The notes below the pieces were generated by a model. That model was not told the origin of the DNA. It worked only from the letters and a program-made list of their open reading frames with translations, and made no database searches. Positions 37,908 through 48,027 of a stretch of DNA of 64,000 nt are shown piece after piece. Positions within the stretch are counted from its first letter, which is position 1. The number at the start of each line of letters is the position of its first letter. The translations under genes were made by a program, and so were the position numbers. This DNA is from an uncultured Thermoleophilia bacterium (GTDB taxonomy: Bacteria > Actinomycetota > Thermoleophilia > UBA2241), in the NCBI GenBank assembly GCA_963736645.1, contig CAVTPJ010000002.1, positions 266,779 through 330,778 on the forward strand, in the 5' to 3' direction.

Positions 37908-38905
37908 GACGACGATGCCTCGAGGGAGCTGTTCGGAAGCGACCCTCGCAACTCGACGGCTCGGTGGCACACGGCGAAGGCGCCGTCGATCTGTACGACA
38001 GCAGGGACTTCGCGCCTGCAGAGGTCAAGCGCATACCCGCATCGTGGTGCAAACGCGCAGCCAGCGCCGGCCTCGAAGGCAGCGATGGGGCGACCGGGAA
38101 TCACGCACAGCCGCCGGTCGGTGTGCTCGATGCTTGGCCTGGAACAGAGAAGGCCCGACGTGTAGGGATGCAGTGGTGATGCGTGGAGGGCGGCCGACTC
38201 CTGCATCTCCACCAGACAGCCCGCGTACATCACGGCCATCCGGTCGCACGTCGCGACCGCGAGCTCGAGATCGTGGGTGATGAAGAGGAGTGCGAGCTGG
38301 CGCTCACGCCTCAGCCGCGTGAGGATCGTCACCACTTCCGCCTGCGTCGTCACATCGAGAGCGGTGGTCGGCTCGTCGGCGAGGAGCAGCTTGGGGTCCG
38401 CGGCCAGCGCTGCTGCGATCATCACCCGCTGGAGGAGCCCGCCGGAAAGCTGATGCGGGTACTGGGTGAGGCGGTCTTCGCCGTCGGCGATGCCCACCTC
38501 CGCCAGCAACTCGATCGCGCGTCGTCTGGCCTCTGCGAGCGAGACGCCACCGATCTCGCATTGCGCCTCGGTGAGGAAGTCGCCGATGGTCCGCACTGGA
38601 TTCGTGTGCGCCCGCGGATCCTGGAAGATCATGGCGACGTGCGAGGCGCGGAAGTCGCGCAGCTCGTTGCGATTCATGCGCAGGACGTCACTGCCGTCGT
38701 AGAGGATCTCGCCCTCGATCCTGGCGCCCGTCGGGAGGAGGCGCATGATGGAGCGCGCCGTCATCGACTTGCCGCACCCGGATTCGCCAACGAGCCCAAG
38801 GGATTCCCCTTCACCGACGGAGAAAGAGACGCCATTGATGATGGTCCGGGTGCCATCATCGTTCCCCACCGTCACGTTGATGTCGTGGACGTCGAGCAAT
38901 GCCAT
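37904..38905 (-). CDS. Opp/Dpp-type ABC transporter ATPase (OppD-like)
   Basis: GESGCGKS, YPHQLSGG, DEPTTALDVT, HPYT, C-terminal Cys cluster. Confidence 0.92.
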   Translation of the reverse strand: MALLDVHDINVTVGNDDGTRTIINGVSFSVGEGESLGLVGESGCGKSMTARSIMRLLPTGARIEGEILYDGSDVLRMNRNELRDFRASHVAMIFQDPRAHTNPVRTIGDFLTEAQCEIGGVSLAEARRRAIELLAEVGIADGEDRLTQYPHQLSGGLLQRVMIAAALAADPKLLLADEPTTALDVTTQAEVVTILTRLRRERQLALLFITHDLELAVATCDRMAVMYAGCLVEMQESAALHASPLHPYTSGLLCSRPSIEHTDRRLCVIPGRPIAAFEAGAGCAFAPRCGYALDLCRREVPAVVQIDGAFAVCHRAVELRGSLPNSSLEASSS

Positions 38906-38906
38906 C

Positions 38907-39788
38907 TCAGTCACGCCTCTCGGTGACAGCAAGGCGGTCGCCGAGCACGTTGAAGGAAACGACGACGAAGATGATGAGCGCGCCCGCGTAGAGTCCCTCT
39001 GCAGGATGCCCTCTGAGTGCGTCCTGGAGACCGGTGGCCACTGACACCCCCCAGTCGGATGTAGGAGGCTGGACGCCGAGGCCGAGGAAGGAGATCGCGG
39101 CGAGTTCCACGACGGCGAACCCGAGTGAAGCTACGGCCTGTGCCACGATCAACGGGCGAAGGTTTGGAAGGATATGCATCGTGCAGATGCGCAGACCGGA
39201 GAAGCCCTGCACGAGAGCCGCCGAGATGTACGGGAGGTTTCTCTCCCGAAGAGCCGCGCCACGGACCACACGCGCGACGTAGGGAGTGTAGGCGATGGCA
39301 AGACCGACAATCGCGGCCACCAGCCCAGCGCCGTAGAGCGCGACGGCGACCAACGCGAAGATGATGCCCGGAACGGAGAACATGACGTCGAGGATCCGGG
39401 AGGTCACCCCGTCGACGATCCCTCGCATCCACGCGGCTCCGATGCCGATCGCAGAACCGATGACCGTGGACACGGCAATCACGAGCAGGGGGCCGATGAA
39501 GGTCGTGCGACCGCCCCAGATCAGCCGCGACAAGAGGTCGCGCCCGAGGCCGTCCGTCCCGAGGGGGTGTTGCGCCGAGGGGCCCGCAAACACGTTGACA
39601 AGGTCGGGGGCGTTGGGGTCATACGGTGCTACCCATGGCGCGAAAGCCGCGGCCAAAGCCAACACCAGGATCACGACAACAGCGATGAGTCCAGCCACAC
39701 CGAGGGTCGCGCGCAAGCTGCGGAAGGCGCCACGCTTGCGAGCGCCGGCAGCGGGCACGTTATCGATGGTCTCCACGTTGGCAGACAT
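38907..39788 (-). CDS. Opp/Dpp-type ABC permease (OppC-like)
   Basis: HPLGTDGLGRDLLSRL, EAA-like loop PYISAALVQG, LSFLGLG-like ISFLGLGVQPP. Confidence 0.92.
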   Translation of the reverse strand: MSANVETIDNVPAAGARKRGAFRSLRATLGVAGLIAVVVILVLALAAAFAPWVAPYDPNAPDLVNVFAGPSAQHPLGTDGLGRDLLSRLIWGGRTTFIGPLLVIAVSTVIGSAIGIGAAWMRGIVDGVTSRILDVMFSVPGIIFALVAVALYGAGLVAAIVGLAIAYTPYVARVVRGAALRERNLPYISAALVQGFSGLRICTMHILPNLRPLIVAQAVASLGFAVVELAAISFLGLGVQPPTSDWGVSVATGLQDALRGHPAEGLYAGALIIFVVVSFNVLGDRLAVTERRD

Positions 39789-40744
39789 CAGGCGTTCGGG
39801 TCGGCGCCGAGCTCGAGCCGCGGGTCGATCACGGTGTACAGGATGTCTGTGATGAGATTGATGATGACGAAGATGAGCACGAGGATCAGCACAACGGCCT
39901 GCACGATCGGGAAATCCTTCTGGAGGATGGCCAGGACGAGCAACGACCCCAATCCATCAAGACCGAAGATGTTCTCCACAATGACCGCCCCAGCCACGAG
40001 CGTACCGATGGTCAGGCCCGTCACCGTGACGATGGGGATCATCGCGTTGCGCAGGACGTGCCGGCGAAGGATCGTCCGCTCCGACAGGCCCCGGCCCCTA
40101 GCCGTCATCACATGCTCTCGGCCCAGAACGTCGCGCACCGAACTCCGGGTGATCCGGGCGAGATAGGCGGCGCTCGCCACCGCGAGCGTGATCGCCGGCA
40201 GCGTCAGATGGGTAAGGCGACCCCACGCACCCTCTCCCGACCCGTAGACGGGGAACCACCCCAATCGGACGCACAGAAACGTGATCAGATACGTGCCCAG
40301 CACGAAGGCCGGCGTGGCGATCCCGATGGTCGCCGCTATGGTGATCGAGTGGTCGACGACTCCGGGGCGAAGCGCCGAAAGCGTACCGAACGCGATGCCG
40401 AAGATGATGATCAGAATGGTGGAGTACAGGACGAGGAGCGTCGTCGTCGCCAAGCGCCCCCCCACCAGATCCATGACATCCTGATTGAACACGATTGAAC
40501 GACCGAGATCGCCGTGGAAGACGCCGGAGAGCCAGTCCCAGTACTGCCTGAGGAACGAGTCGTCGAGGTGATACCGAGCCTTGACGGCGGCGATCTGCTC
40601 AGGCGAAGTCGTCCGGTTGCCCAGTACGAATGAGAGGACGCTGCCCGGCGCGATGTACATGAGGCTGAACACCGCGAAGGACGCGACGAGCAAGGTGATG
40701 CCGAGTCCCGCGACGCGCCGCGTGAGGAATACGGTGAAGCCCAT
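39788..40744 (-). CDS. Opp/Dpp-type ABC permease (OppB-like)
   Basis: GDLGRS, LPAITL, HVMTARGRGL, HVLRNAMIP, ENIFGLDGLG. Confidence 0.92.
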   Translation of the reverse strand: MGFTVFLTRRVAGLGITLLVASFAVFSLMYIAPGSVLSFVLGNRTTSPEQIAAVKARYHLDDSFLRQYWDWLSGVFHGDLGRSIVFNQDVMDLVGGRLATTTLLVLYSTILIIIFGIAFGTLSALRPGVVDHSITIAATIGIATPAFVLGTYLITFLCVRLGWFPVYGSGEGAWGRLTHLTLPAITLAVASAAYLARITRSSVRDVLGREHVMTARGRGLSERTILRRHVLRNAMIPIVTVTGLTIGTLVAGAVIVENIFGLDGLGSLLVLAILQKDFPIVQAVVLILVLIFVIINLITDILYTVIDPRLELGADPNA

Positions 40745-40748
40745 CGTC

Positions 40749-41888
40749 TCAGGACGGGATCGACGACCGGTCGAGGACGGACTCGAGCGCGTCGATCTCG
40801 CGCTCGAACTGCCGCCGCATGGCTGCCCGCTCCTCCGCAGGCAGCCATGCGGCATCGACCCCGTTCAGCACTATCTCGCGTGCCACCTCCGGGCCCTTCG
40901 CCAGCCCGATGATCCCGCGACTGTACTCACTGCCGAGGTCTGACCCCGGGAAGCAGGTGCTGTCGGACGACAGCGTCACGCGAAGCCCAGCGTCGATCAT
41001 CGTGCGAATGGGGTTGACCGCGAGGTCACCCCAGCCGTACTCCCGCGTGAACGAGGGGAGAGTCGCACTGGTGCTGCAGCAGAAGAAGACGCCCTCCGCC
41101 ACACATCGTTCGATCATCGCTGGGTCGTGGATGACCTGGTAGCCGTGGTCGATCCGTTCGCAGCCAAGCATGTCCAGGGCGATCGCGATGTTGGCCGCCG
41201 TCTCATCGCTGTTCTCGGCCACGTGCGCCGTGCGATGAAGGCTGGCGCGGTTAGCCAAGGCAAATGCCTCCGCGTACCGTTCCGGCGCCTCCCGGGCGTC
41301 GGTCGTGAGCGAGTCGAGGCCGATGCCGATGACCTCATCCCGCGGGTGCTCGATCATCACATCCAACAGTTCCCGGGCCTGTTCCGGCGAGTATGCCCTG
41401 TTGATGCAGGCGACCAGGCGACAGGTGACACCGAGATCCTGCTCTGCCGCGCGCACGCCGTCGATGAGGCCATCAACCATTGTCGCGTAAGGGACCCCGT
41501 CCGCAAGATGGTCCAGCGGCATGAAGAACATCTCCCGATAGCGGAGATTGCCCGTGCGCTTCTCGTCCGCGAGCGTCTCGTAGACGATTCTCGCGAAATC
41601 GTCGCGCTGGCGAGTGATGTGCAGGAACGGCGTCATCAACCTGAGGAACTCGACAAGGTCGGTCGAGCTGTAGAAGAAGCTCTCCGGCCCGGCCTCAGGC
41701 TCCACCGAATGGAATACGCGATAGGGGTCCGCCGCATCGTCCGATCCGAGACTGACACCGTACTTCCGCGCCAGTTCCAGCGCCGTTGTTGCGCGCATCG
41801 TGCTCTCGAGATGTATGTGGAGTTCGGCCTTCGGCAGGCGCCGAAGAAACTCCGCGTAGTCGATGCGCGAGGAGCCCTCTTCGCTCAC
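40749..41888 (-). CDS. Adenosine/adenine-deaminase-family amidohydrolase with atypical active-site motifs
   Basis: LPKAELHIHLE, HVAE, RIDHG, SSDS in place of xSDDP; GTGA overlap with oppA. Confidence 0.85.
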   Translation of the reverse strand: MSEEGSSRIDYAEFLRRLPKAELHIHLESTMRATTALELARKYGVSLGSDDAADPYRVFHSVEPEAGPESFFYSSTDLVEFLRLMTPFLHITRQRDDFARIVYETLADEKRTGNLRYREMFFMPLDHLADGVPYATMVDGLIDGVRAAEQDLGVTCRLVACINRAYSPEQARELLDVMIEHPRDEVIGIGLDSLTTDAREAPERYAEAFALANRASLHRTAHVAENSDETAANIAIALDMLGCERIDHGYQVIHDPAMIERCVAEGVFFCCSTSATLPSFTREYGWGDLAVNPIRTMIDAGLRVTLSSDSTCFPGSDLGSEYSRGIIGLAKGPEVAREIVLNGVDAAWLPAEERAAMRRQFEREIDALESVLDRSSIPS

Positions 41889-43531
41889 TGCACACCGCCG
41901 ATCGAGGCCGCCCACGGGTAGTAGAGATACGGGAATGAAGCCACGGCGCCACTCATACGCTTGTTCATGACGAGGATGTTTGTCTGGTAGACCAGTGGAG
42001 CCCACACCAGGTCGTCGGTGAGAATCTTCTGAAGCTTCACAACGGTCTCGGCACGCTTGGCATCATCGTATTCGGCGAAAGCCTCGCTCGTGAGCCTCGT
42101 CGCCTCGGGATTGTCGTAGTCGTTGAAGTTGTTCGGCGCCCCGGGACCCATGAAGCCGTACACATCCAGCGGGTCGGCAAAGTTGCCGTACCAGGTCGAG
42201 AGGAAGGCGTCGATGCCTTCGCGCGCCTTCGGATCCCAGTACAGACTGCCGTATCGCTGCACGGGAATCATCTTGATGTTCACGTTGAGGCCGATCTCTT
42301 CGCCGGCAGCCTTGAGGATGTTCGCTGTCTGACTGTGGGCGACTGAACTGCCCTGGGCGCCGATCGTTATCGTCTCGCCCGCCGCGCCTGCTTCGGCAAG
42401 GAGTGCCTTGCCGGCCGCAGCGTCGACACTCGGCGCCGGAATAGCATCGTAGCCGGCCTGGAACGTGGCCTCCGAGTATCCCCAAGAGGCCGGGGGCGCA
42501 AGTACCCGGGCAGGAATCGCGATTCCCTGGAACACGACGCTTGCGATCGCGGCACGGTCGGTAGCAGCCAGAAGCGCCTGACGGACACGGGGGTCAGAGT
42601 AGGGCCCCGTCGTCGCCGATGTGAGCAGGGACCAGAAAACGAGCGACTTGCCCAGATAGACACCGGTCTCGGGTGCGGTCTGAAGCTGAGTGAGGCCGGC
42701 AGGCGGCGTATAGAAGAACTGTCCGTCGATCTGCCCGCTGCGCAAAGCGTTCACCGCGGTTGATTCGTCGGCAATGAACCGAAGCTCGAGGCTCTTGACC
42801 TTCGGCTGAAGCGTGGTGTCCCAGTAGGCGTCGTTGCGGGCCATTGTGATGGACGTGCCCGACTGCCACTCTACGAACTTGAATGGGCCGGTGCCCATGA
42901 TGCCGCCTTTGGCAGTGCCGTAGTCGGTCCCCTTCGACTCCATGTACGCCCTCTGGCCGACGGTGCCGGCAGCCGAGGCCATGGCCTGGTTGAACAAAGC
43001 ATCTGGCTTCTTCAGCGTAACCGTCACCAAATCGTCAGCGGTCTTCTCGATCTTGTCGACGTTCACGAAGTAGAAGGAGAAGTACGACCCGACGTCGGGG
43101 TCAAGGCTGCGCTGCAGGCTGTACACGACGTCGTCAGCCGTCATCGGCGCTCCGTCCCAGAACGTGACACCTTGCCGGATCTTGTAGACCCAGGTCGTAG
43201 GCGTTGGATTCGTGAACGATTCCGCCAGGCCTGGCTCGATGCTGAAGTCCGGCGTGAGCCGCAACAGGCTCTCGCTCATGTTGGCGATCGATGTGTTCTC
43301 CGCGTAGTTGAACGACCTCGTCCAGTCAAGGCTGGACGGCTCGTAGGGTAGATTCCACGTGACCTTGTCGAGCTCGCCAGTGCCGGGCGGCGTCGTGGTC
43401 ATGAGGTCGTCCATGGCCGACGTCGGGGAGGCCGCGGTTGATGTCGAATCGCCTCCGCACGCGGCAACGCCGATGACGAGCATGACAAGCCCTAGCCAGA
43501 AGCCCATTCTCCACACACGCTGCATAGCCAT
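41885..43531 (-). CDS. Family-5 (Opp/Dpp) ABC substrate-binding lipoprotein
   Basis: Lipobox VAAC, EPGLAES, TFWDG, GTGPFKF, RNDAYW; AAGGAG RBS before ATG 43531. Confidence 0.9.
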   Translation of the reverse strand: MAMQRVWRMGFWLGLVMLVIGVAACGGDSTSTAASPTSAMDDLMTTTPPGTGELDKVTWNLPYEPSSLDWTRSFNYAENTSIANMSESLLRLTPDFSIEPGLAESFTNPTPTTWVYKIRQGVTFWDGAPMTADDVVYSLQRSLDPDVGSYFSFYFVNVDKIEKTADDLVTVTLKKPDALFNQAMASAAGTVGQRAYMESKGTDYGTAKGGIMGTGPFKFVEWQSGTSITMARNDAYWDTTLQPKVKSLELRFIADESTAVNALRSGQIDGQFFYTPPAGLTQLQTAPETGVYLGKSLVFWSLLTSATTGPYSDPRVRQALLAATDRAAIASVVFQGIAIPARVLAPPASWGYSEATFQAGYDAIPAPSVDAAAGKALLAEAGAAGETITIGAQGSSVAHSQTANILKAAGEEIGLNVNIKMIPVQRYGSLYWDPKAREGIDAFLSTWYGNFADPLDVYGFMGPGAPNNFNDYDNPEATRLTSEAFAEYDDAKRAETVVKLQKILTDDLVWAPLVYQTNILVMNKRMSGAVASFPYLYYPWAASIGGVQ

Positions 43532-43650
43532 CACGCTCCTTTTCACGAGTGACCCCCCCCTGTCGCTCTCAGCCGATCGAGTATGCCACACGACGAATGT
43601 CCCGCGATGTCGTGCCAGAAAGACCCTACGTCGGTGATCCGTCGCCGCAG

Positions 43651-43666
43651 ATAGGCAGATGCCCAC
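43651..43666. promoter_or_regulatory. Third copy of the palindromic operator-like box, in the oppA/hydantoinase divergent region
   Basis: ATAGGCAGATGCCCAC matches the reverse complement of 53561-53576 at 14/16 positions. Confidence 0.5.
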
Positions 43667-43861
43667 TCGTCACCGCGGTCAGTGAGCAGCAGCACAAAGG
43701 TCCCGATCAGGCTGGAATCCGGCACGAAGCCGGTCGCTCGGCGGCCATCAAGGAGGGACGATTCGATGCGGATGGCCTTCCGTGACACGTGAAACTCAAG
43801 CGACTACGCTACCGTCGAAATGGGGCCCGGCATGAGCGGGGAGGCAAGGACTGGTGGAAAC

Positions 43862-45238
43862 ATGAAAAGGAAGATCATCCACGGTGGCACGGTCGTCACG
43901 TCGAGCGACAGCTTTGAGGCGGACCTCCTCGTCGACGGCGAGACAATCACGGGGCTCGGGCACTTCAGCGATGTGGACGGCGAACGCATCGACGCCACTG
44001 GCTGCCTCGTCCTTCCGGGGTGCATCGACAGTCACACCCATCTTGCCCAGCCGGTGCGCGACGGCTTCACATGCGACGACTACGACACCGGCACGCAAGC
44101 GGCCGCGGCCGGGGGGACGACGTGCATCATTGACTTCGCGATACAGCGCGAGCCTGACGGACTCATGTCGTCATTGACGCAATGGACGGATCGTGCCGAG
44201 CCTGCCGCCCATGTGGACTTCGGGTTTCACATGGCCGTGACCCACTGGGATGAAGGCACCCGCCGTGACGTAGACCGCCTCATCGACGACGGCGTGCCCA
44301 GCTTCAAGGTCTTCATGGCTGCGGCCGGTGTCCCTCGGGTGAGTGATGCCGTCCTCCTGGCCCTGCTGCGCGAGACTCGCGAGCACGGTGGCCTCACCAT
44401 GGTGCATGCGGAGAACGGTGATGCGATCGACTATCTTGTGGCACAGACGCCAGATGCCCTGAGGGCCAGTCCGATCTCCCATGCCCGTTGCCGGCCGGAG
44501 TGGCTGGAGGCGGAGGCGACGAGCCGCGCGATCCGGCTCGCCGAGAGTGCTGAAGCACCTCTCTTCATCGTGCACGTCTCCTGCGCGCGCGCGGCCGACG
44601 AGGTGACCGCCGCGCGAGGCCGCGGCCTGCGAGTAATGGCAGAGACATGCACGCATTACCTCACGCTGTCCGCCGATAGGCTGAGACAGCCCGACGAATA
44701 CGCGATCCGATACACCTGTTCACCGCCGCTGCGAGAGCAGGGGAACCAGGAACGCCTGTGGAGGGCGCTGCGCGACGGCCAGCTCCAATCCGTCTCCAGC
44801 GATCATTGCCCCTTCACCGATGCACAGAAGCGGGTCGGCCTGGGGGACTTCACGCGAATCCCGCCGGGTCTAGCGGGCATCCAGCATCGCCTGCCGCTAC
44901 TCTGGGAGCACGGCGTGCGAGCCGGTCGCATCTCGCCCAGCCGGCTGGTCGAGCTCACATCGACCTCTGTGGCGCGCACTTTCGGACTGCTCCCGCGCAA
45001 AGGAACGATCGCGCCGGGAAGCGATGCCGATCTGGTGCTCTTCGACCCGGCTCGCAGCTACGAGCTTTCCGGTGGCACTTCCCTCATGAACATCGACTAC
45101 GACCTCTGGGAGGGTCAGTCGGTCGCGGGCTCCCCGCGAATGACTCTGTCTCGCGGTGAAATCGTGTACGCCGACGGACGAATCCTGAGCACGCCCGGGA
45201 GGGGGCGCTTCGTCAAGCGCTCGCCCGTCGACTACTGA
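43862..45238 (+). CDS. Dihydropyrimidinase/D-hydantoinase
   Basis: PGCIDSHTH, GGTTCIIDF, SFKVFMA, VHAENG, FIVHVSC, ETCTHYL, SPPLR, SSDHCPF, PGSDADLV. Confidence 0.92.
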   Translation: MKRKIIHGGTVVTSSDSFEADLLVDGETITGLGHFSDVDGERIDATGCLVLPGCIDSHTHLAQPVRDGFTCDDYDTGTQAAAAGGTTCIIDFAIQREPDGLMSSLTQWTDRAEPAAHVDFGFHMAVTHWDEGTRRDVDRLIDDGVPSFKVFMAAAGVPRVSDAVLLALLRETREHGGLTMVHAENGDAIDYLVAQTPDALRASPISHARCRPEWLEAEATSRAIRLAESAEAPLFIVHVSCARAADEVTAARGRGLRVMAETCTHYLTLSADRLRQPDEYAIRYTCSPPLREQGNQERLWRALRDGQLQSVSSDHCPFTDAQKRVGLGDFTRIPPGLAGIQHRLPLLWEHGVRAGRISPSRLVELTSTSVARTFGLLPRKGTIAPGSDADLVLFDPARSYELSGGTSLMNIDYDLWEGQSVAGSPRMTLSRGEIVYADGRILSTPGRGRFVKRSPVDY

Positions 45239-47307
45239 TCACCGCGCCCGGACGACGGCACGCCGGGGCAGGCTTCGGCCTCCTGCGTGCCAAGCGCCGC
45301 AGCCGCTGCCTCGAGGCCCAGTCCCTCCAGACCGCTCCTCGTCGGTCGGCCGGTCGCCGGGTCCCAGCCCTCTAGCTCGTAGAAGATCGTCTTCCACGCC
45401 TCCACGCCGTCGCGGTCGAGGCGACGTGGCACGACGTTGCGGTACGACCACTCGCCGTGCTCGAACACGGGAGAGTAGTAGGCCGGGGGTCTCCCTGGCA
45501 CATGGGATACGCCCGTGGCGTCGCACTCATAGACGAACTCAGGAAAGACCTCTTGGTCGCGATGGCGTCCCTGAAGCGCCCAGATGGCGCGGTCGAGGTT
45601 CAAGATGCGCCGACCGATCTCCATGGTCCCCGCGAAGTCCATCGCCCGCCCGGTCACCGCCTCGAGAAACCTCATCTCGCCATCCGGGGTCAGCCCCCGG
45701 TTGTCTTTGCCATATGGATTCAGGAAGTCCGCGAAAGCGTTGTCGCAGAGGCCACAGGACTGCTTCCAGAAGAGGCTGTAGTGAAGCAGCCACGCCGTCG
45801 TCCTCGCCATGTGCACGGAGTAGAGATTGCCATCGGAGAAGTCCACCATCCTGGGATCGCAGTAGGGCAGGGTCTTCGAGGCGACGATCGCGGCGACTTG
45901 GCCGGCGGTCAGCAGGGGTTCGCGTCCGTGCATGATGTCGAGGGTAGGAAGCCAGTAGGCGGCCACGTTGAAGTCGTGGCAGTTCACGTCACGGCTGGTG
46001 ACGATCGATGCATAGCCCCAGTAGGCCTCGGTCCGCGGGTCGAAGTGAATGGGGTAGCCCCAGAACGGTGCAGCCAGATCGCCCGTGGCGAGGTCTGTCT
46101 CGAGCCGTTCCCAACGCTCCGCAGCCCTGGGCAGCCCTTCGGCCAGGTCATCGCCGATCCCTCGACGGTAGGCGATGCTGTGGAGCAACTCCTCGACGAA
46201 GGCCAGTTCGCCGATGTCCGCGAACGGCAGGTCCGTGCGGACCTCCGCCGCGACACCCGCGACGCCCTGCGCATGCAGCGAGACAAGGTAGTCGAGCATG
46301 CAGTCGGCTTCGAACGCGTTGATACCCAGCTCGTTCAAAAGGTCGGCAGCGCGCCCCGATATCTCCGTGACCGCACCGTGCCTCGCGTGATCCCAACGCT
46401 GGTAGTACTGCGCCGTCCTGCAGTGTGCGGAGCTTCCCACTCGGCTCGCCGTCTTGGGCTTGCAGTTGAGATGGCACCCCCAGCAGCCCGAGCTACGCCG
46501 TGCATCCTCCTCGTAGGGCGCCCATTGGCGGCCGGGATGGCCGCCGAAGTGCGAGGTGACATACTCAAGCCACTGATGAATGCGCGGAGCGTCGGCGTCG
46601 TAGGAGTAGTTTCGCTCCGCCCACAGGCGTGCCTCGATGAGCGCCGACGCATCGGCCACCTGAACGCCTTGTGTACCGAGCACACTGATCGCTTTCAATC
46701 TCTTGGAGCCCCAGACCCCTCCGAAGCCACCCTGTCCGAAGGCGCAGCCGGCGTCGTGCTGGATGGTGCCGATCCGGCTGAGGTTCTCGCCCGCCGGGCC
46801 AATAGTCAGGACGGCCGGGCGCTCTCCGTCCGGGGCGACGCCGACAGTGCCCATGATCGCCTTCTGCGCGTCCGAGGTGCGAAGACCCCACAGCCCGGTA
46901 GCGTCCATGAAACTGACCTCATCATCAACGATGCTGATCCACACCGGGGTCTCGGATGCCCCCTCCAGCACAACGGCGTCCCAGCCTGCGAACTTCAGCA
47001 TCGTCGAGAGACGCCCTCCGCAGTTGGACCGGCCGAACCATTCGTCTGGATAGGACTGGGCCTGGATCCCGACCATCTCCGCCCGCCCGGAACCAGGTAC
47101 GAGTGTCCCCGAGAAGAGCCCGGGTGCGATGACGAGAGTGTTGGCCGGGTCGAAGCAGCCGACCGTCTTGTCGGGCACCAGATCGAAGAACAGCGCCGCC
47201 CCCAAACCGTGCCCTCCCCACCACTCCTCGTACGCCCCCAGAGGGCAGGACTCGAAGGTCGCCGTCGTCAGGTCGACGCGCAGGATCTTCCCCGAGTGGC
47301 CGTACAC
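45232..47307 (-). CDS. Aldehyde:ferredoxin oxidoreductase family (W/Mo-bis-pterin)
   Basis: GKILRVDLT, GPAGENL, GFGGVWGSKRLKAI, CWGCHLNC and SCGLC Fe-S ligands, YELEGWD. Confidence 0.9.
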   Translation of the reverse strand: MYGHSGKILRVDLTTATFESCPLGAYEEWWGGHGLGAALFFDLVPDKTVGCFDPANTLVIAPGLFSGTLVPGSGRAEMVGIQAQSYPDEWFGRSNCGGRLSTMLKFAGWDAVVLEGASETPVWISIVDDEVSFMDATGLWGLRTSDAQKAIMGTVGVAPDGERPAVLTIGPAGENLSRIGTIQHDAGCAFGQGGFGGVWGSKRLKAISVLGTQGVQVADASALIEARLWAERNYSYDADAPRIHQWLEYVTSHFGGHPGRQWAPYEEDARRSSGCWGCHLNCKPKTASRVGSSAHCRTAQYYQRWDHARHGAVTEISGRAADLLNELGINAFEADCMLDYLVSLHAQGVAGVAAEVRTDLPFADIGELAFVEELLHSIAYRRGIGDDLAEGLPRAAERWERLETDLATGDLAAPFWGYPIHFDPRTEAYWGYASIVTSRDVNCHDFNVAAYWLPTLDIMHGREPLLTAGQVAAIVASKTLPYCDPRMVDFSDGNLYSVHMARTTAWLLHYSLFWKQSCGLCDNAFADFLNPYGKDNRGLTPDGEMRFLEAVTGRAMDFAGTMEIGRRILNLDRAIWALQGRHRDQEVFPEFVYECDATGVSHVPGRPPAYYSPVFEHGEWSYRNVVPRRLDRDGVEAWKTIFYELEGWDPATGRPTRSGLEGLGLEAAAAALGTQEAEACPGVPSSGRGDQ

Positions 47308-47308
47308 C

Positions 47309-47857
47309 TCAGGATCCCTCGTCCGTTGGCATGCCCAGCCGAGCCCAGCCTTCTCGCCGGCGATTCACCTCGTAGCCTGACGCGCCCAAGGGCGCAACGG
47401 ACGTGGAGTCGAGGGCGCGCACGGGACACACTTGCACGCAGGCGAGCTCGCCGTCGTCGTGACGCCAGTAAGGGGTGTCGCGGCACAGGTCGCACTTCGT
47501 CGACGTCCTTGACGCCGCGTCGAACCGGACGCGGCTGGGAGAGAAGTGGCAAGCCCCGATGCACTTCCGGCATCCTGTGCAGCTATCGCGATCGACGTAC
47601 CGCACGTTGAAGTGCTGCTGGTCGATCGCCAAGGCCCCCGCGGGACAGGCGGTGACGCAGGCGGCGTCCCTGCACTGGCGGCATGTGCCGAGAAGAATGT
47701 CCGTAGGAAACGAGCCGAACACGTCCTCTACGATGAGGATTCGTGCCGTGTGGAGCTGCGCCCGCCCCTCGTGCGCAAGCGCGCACATCAGCATGCAACT
47801 GCGGCAACCCGTGCACTTCCGTGGATCGCCCACGAGGTACAGGTGAGCCTCCTGCAT
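47309..47857 (-). CDS. 4Fe-4S dicluster electron-transfer subunit of the AOR
   Basis: CTGCRSCMLMC, CRQCRDAACVTACP, CTGCRKCIGAC, KCDLC, CVQVCP. Confidence 0.9.
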   Translation of the reverse strand: MQEAHLYLVGDPRKCTGCRSCMLMCALAHEGRAQLHTARILIVEDVFGSFPTDILLGTCRQCRDAACVTACPAGALAIDQQHFNVRYVDRDSCTGCRKCIGACHFSPSRVRFDAASRTSTKCDLCRDTPYWRHDDGELACVQVCPVRALDSTSVAPLGASGYEVNRRREGWARLGMPTDEGS

Positions 47858-48027
47858 GTCGCACTCGCCCTCGATGCCATCTGGACGGCCGACGTTCGCC
47901 ATCATGCAACCCCGTCTCCCGATGCCCCCAAGTGCCTGACTCACGATAGCAGCAGGGCATCACTTCGAACGGTCCGCAGAGCTGCCGCCGAACCGTCAGC
48001 CGCCCGCACCCGGCCGGCCCGCGGCGC

